Assembly (NCBI GenBank): GCA_002104905.1 | Contig: MCFE01000756.1 | Span: forward strand, 1-38,967 | DNA: 38,967 bases | Direction of reading: 5' to 3' | Source: Basidiobolus meristosporus CBS 931.73 | Lineage: Eukaryota > Fungi > Basidiobolomycota | Shown here: in pieces, positions 34,732 through 38,967 of the stretch | How the letters are laid out: each line of letters opens with the position of its first letter | Numbering within the stretch: the first letter of the stretch is position 1 | Translations under genes and position numbers: made by a program | Notes under the pieces: model-generated | Seen by the model: only the letters and a program-made list of their open reading frames with translations | Databases searched by the model: none | What the model was told of the DNA's origin: nothing

Positions 34732-37263
34732 ATGATTGAGGAATTTGTGGATACCCAGTTCCCTTCCACTTATTATAATCCCATCACCCCGACAACCTTG
34801 CTTAACCCTGAGGTTGCCTCGTTGATTACCACTGTTTCCACGGCTACTCGGATTTCCTTGAGGCTTGCCTCCATCATAACCGAGGCTATCTTCGAGTCTC
34901 TAAAATACAGCACTGCCACGTCGATGGATTTAAGTAAGCGGGCTTTAATTTCCGCCATCTCGGCAGCCAAAACCTTACATTCATCCAAGCTGCTCGGAAG
35001 CAATGAGATACGGGATTCTATCAGGTACGTACGAGCCTGTCTTGCTAATGTGGGAATGGGAACTAACCTTCAGTTCAGTCAAGCTTATTACAAAGCTCTT
35101 GATGGGTACACCAGCCTGGGCATTTACCTCATCAATAACACCTTCAGTCTGGCGGAGCTGTTTATTCATACCGGGTTTCATTTGACCTCGAAGACCGTCA
35201 AGACCGGCATCAGCGTACGTACCGGCTTATTTCACTAGACATTTTACTTGAGATTCACCCTTTGTTTGTGTTTGTAGGCTGCTGAAGAGTCGGTACGTAT
35301 CATCGACGGACTGTTCGGTTCCACCGATACTTCACGTGCCTTGGCAGCAATCGTCGCCTTGGTGAAGCGGGAGGTTTATGAAGACGAGGACTTTCACTTG
35401 GCAAAGTTGGGAAACATCGTTGTCCTTAGGGCCATCACGAAAGCAATGGTCGCGTTTGCTTGTTTGCAAAGCGTCACCCATATAAGATCCTCTAGTACGG
35501 TCAGGCTTGTCTTGATGTATGAGAACACAGTAAGTGTGGAAGGTCAGGCACTTACGAGGACTCGAAAGCGTAATTGCACTGGTCATGGATGGCCTAGAAA
35601 GTCCTCGGGCAAAGAGCTCAAACTTGAGTCGGCCACCTCCACTTACATCGCTCAGGAAACGACGGTCAGGGATTTTTCTTGGGAGTACGACTCCACTGTA
35701 AGCATGGAGCAAAATCGTTCAACTTCCCATGAATCCCTCGACTCCGGGGAAAACACCGCCAACTTCAACCCACAATCTAAAACCAACAAGGGCCACGCAG
35801 AGGAAAACGACTTGAAGCGAAGCAGTAGTTTCTACAAAGTGTTCCAAACCATTAACCACCGGGTGACACATCGTAAAAGCATCACCTTCAATGGAGAGTC
35901 CAAAAGCAACGACGATCCCGTGGGCCATGAGTCTAGGCCAGATCCACACAACCTGGCCGACCCAGAAACCAACCGCCAGATCCTCTCCTACTCCTGCGAC
36001 TGCGGAAAAGAACATGCAGACAGCAACAGTGCTGGTGGATTCGCGATTCAAAATTTCCCGCAAAGACCGTTGATCAGAAACGTGTCAAGGTTCATTCGGT
36101 ACGCTTCGGCGTCGTACGGCAAGAATTTCATGAAAATCCTTGGGATCGGTGTTTTGGATGACATTTTACATCAGGACTCTAAGTACCATCCCAACCACTA
36201 CGCATTCGCCAAGCACACCTCGCTTCCATTGGAGTCTATTCTGCTCTCGTCCTTCACCAACGTCTCATCCTTGAGCTCGCATCGACTCCATAATTTGGTT
36301 CACTACGTGGCCGTAGATCACTCCATCAATGCCATCGTGTTGACCTGCCGTGGTACACTCGGGTTGTCGGACGTGCTTACCGATTTGACATGCGACTATG
36401 CGGAGATGCATGTTTGGGGGAAACGGCATCTAGCGCACGCGGGAATGTTGCAAAGCGCCCGGATACTGGCATCGGTCAGAAGTGAAGTCCATCGAACCAT
36501 TCTTCAGGCTTTGATCGACCATCCCAATTACGGCTTGGTGTTGTGTGGCCACTCATTGGGAGGTGGTGTTGCTGCACTCTTGTCTATACTGTGGTCAGTC
36601 AAGGTACCGTCACACTCATTAATCGAGGAGAATTGCTTTGTGACATCCTCGGGATCTGGGTTGCCACCTGGCCGCGTGGTTCACTGCTTCACCTACGGCT
36701 CGCCATGCGTGGTGTCCCTCAATCTCTCCAAGGAGTGCTCGGGGTTGGTGACCAGTATCGTCAATCACTATGATATTGTCCCTTGCCTCAGTCTTGGCTT
36801 GCTAAAAGACTTCAAGAACGTGGCAATGTCCCTGTACGAAGAAGGGCAGATTGCGGACCAGATCATCTCCAGTGTCCTTGGAATCCATACTGGAGACAGT
36901 ATTTACTCGAATATCAGTCGGAAAAACTCGGATCCTTTGGCAGGGGATCCGGACAGAGATTGGTTTTGGAGTCTGATCAAAACCATGCGCGCAGATATGT
37001 CTTCCGAAAAGCTCTACCCACCTGGAGTCCTGTACTTGCTAGATACAAAGCCCACCTTGGATGTTGGTCCATCCCAACCGGCTATCCCAGCCACCAGAGT
37101 AACGATGCATCGTTGCGAAAACGTGGAGGATCGTTTTTCGGAGATCTTGTTTTCCAAATCTATGTTATTAGATCATTCGCCTCGCAGTTATGAAGATACC
37201 ATTGCCCTGTTGGTTCGTGGTCTAGGTGAGCTAAACACCGACCCTACTGAGATCCTTCGGTGA
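34732..37263 (+). CDS. Class 3 lipase (Lipase_3) family protein; predicted exons 34732-35024, 35079-35214, 35278-37263
   Basis: GHSLGGG nucleophile elbow, RGTLGLSDVLTDL, HAGML, DIVPCLS, DH. Introns are GTACGT...AG, with branch-like ACTAAC at 35062 in intron 1; phases are consistent. Confidence 0.88.
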
Positions 37264-37578
37264 AGCTTGGATAGTCGCAACTCCATTTTTGTAGCTTAGC
37301 CTATCTCTCCATGAGACATATATATATATAAACCGAGTGCATTCATCACACCAAACGAATAATCCCTTGGAATGCACACATGTTAATATGATTCTGGATG
37401 TCCTGTCTATATCCAACATCTCACTGTACTAACAACACATACTCTTGGGGTGGATTTCTCCTGATATTCAGTAAACAACTTGCAAACCCTATTGAAGTTC
37501 ATGATTTGGTTCTGTTATATATTGCCATTGTGTATGCTTATGTATGGTAATCATCGTAAACAGGGTTTATACAGTAGC

Positions 37579-38967
37579 TCAGTGGTTCGTGTATGCGATT
37601 CCGACCATTGTGAGAATAGATATGGAAGTGGGTACTTTGTAGATTTCTGCTTCAGGAAAGATTCTTGTCAACTCCATTAGTCTGCCTTCTCTTTGGCAGA
37701 TGCAAAACCCTTTCAAGGTAGCTGGGATTTGCGGTAAGAACCTTCATGGCTAATAAGGCTGCTTCTTTTCTCGCCATTCGTACCACCACGCCAGTACCGC
37801 TTGCCACCAAAGTATCGTGAATAAAGATTTCGCACTTCTGCGAGTTGAAACTTTCGTCCTTGATCGTGGCGTTTCTAGATGATTCAAGAAGTGAATAAGC
37901 CTTCCGGACAAACCTGAAAATCGAGCAAACTCACCTTAGAGTTAACATCGTGCACCCCAGCTTCTGAACCATGATGGTCAGTTGGACCACCGGATGTATC
38001 TCTACTATATCCGGCCGGATATCCTTCTCAAGGATGGGCTTGATATGTTGCTCGAATATGGCTTGTACTGCGGACATCTCGAATCCTGAATCAACAAACA
38101 CTGCCCCGAAGAGAGACTCCATCAGATCTGCAACCGCTTTCGGTGGATGAGTTTGAGCCAGTATTGGTGAGGCTGGTTTTGCTTGGTCTGCTGCATCTTC
38201 TCCATCTGATCTATGAACTCCATAAGGTTGGAGGATAACGCGCTTGATGAATGGATCAAATGCTGATGCAAACCAAGGGAATGGGAAATGAACGAGAGGA
38301 AATTGTTGCTCACGGATGCCCCCTTGAGCTCGGTGATGTTAGCTGGTTTAAGGCCCGGATATCTTTCAAATAGGTAGCTGACTACCAAAAAGTCCAACAC
38401 CGCATCTCCAAGGAACTCCAGCCTTTGATAACATGAGGTGTTGGGGTTAGGACAAGATGGGTGAGTGAAAGCCTCATATAAAAGCCGTTTGTTCCGAAAG
38501 TTGTAGTTGATCGAGCTTTCAATTGCCTCGATGTCTAGATAAAGAAACTCGGCTTCATCACAGGTGGGACTAGGAGAAATGGCATTGTTTAGTGTAGCAA
38601 ATTCTTTCCAATGCTTTATCTCTGGAAATGGTATCATCATCTTGATAGCACAATCTAGCGCAGACTCCACTCCTTGTGATAAGTAACAAGCTCCTAGACT
38701 AGCCTCCACAATGTCAGCCAACGTTTTGTCTGAAAGACTATGCTTAAAAGAGCGCCCCGATTCAAGAGGCTCATCTTCCATGGTGAAGTTCGGCGGTAGC
38801 CAATGCTTTCTGTTGAACGGAGTTGAGGTTACGTATCTGTAAAGCTCCAACTTGACTGCATTACGGTACAGTGCAGAATTCGATATGCTTTTTATTCGTC
38901 GGATGTGTAATTGGCCTTCTTGCTTGAATGGAAGTATGAGATACATACGAATACTAACGCAGAGCTT
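37579..38967 (-). CDS. dcl: Dicer-like RNase III protein, 3' part (end of RIIIa, RIIIb, dsRBD); extends beyond the window and has two apparent frameshifts
   Basis: KTLADIVEASLGA (RIIIa), EAFTHPS...YQRLEFLGDAVLDF (RIIIb), PPKAVADLMESLFGAVFVDSG. Predicted intron 37875-37934 (GTGAGT...TAG). dsRBD-like CEIFIHDTLVASGTG...ARKEAALLA. Paralog not resolvable. Confidence 0.93.

Overview
Eukaryotic, fungal-type DNA, probably from an early-diverging lineage (not identifiable without a search). It has two compartments. (1) About 1-30.6 kb is a nested, nearly CpG-free transposon graveyard: decayed Ty3/gypsy and Ty1/copia LTR elements, solo LTRs, CACTA/CMC DNA transposons with CCCTA ends and a small TIR repeat family. 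Inside it sits one apparently very young 3.6-kb LTR element (18217-21833) with identical 804-bp LTRs, a tRNA-Lys PBS, a PPT and a CCGG TSD. Its single intact ORF encodes Gag, a zinc knuckle and a protease, with no RT, RNase H or integrase. (2) About 30.6-39 kb has normal CpG content and three genes: a PHO84-type phosphate symporter, a class-3 lipase and the 3' part of a Dicer-like gene with two apparent frameshifts. All alignments and counts were done by eye.
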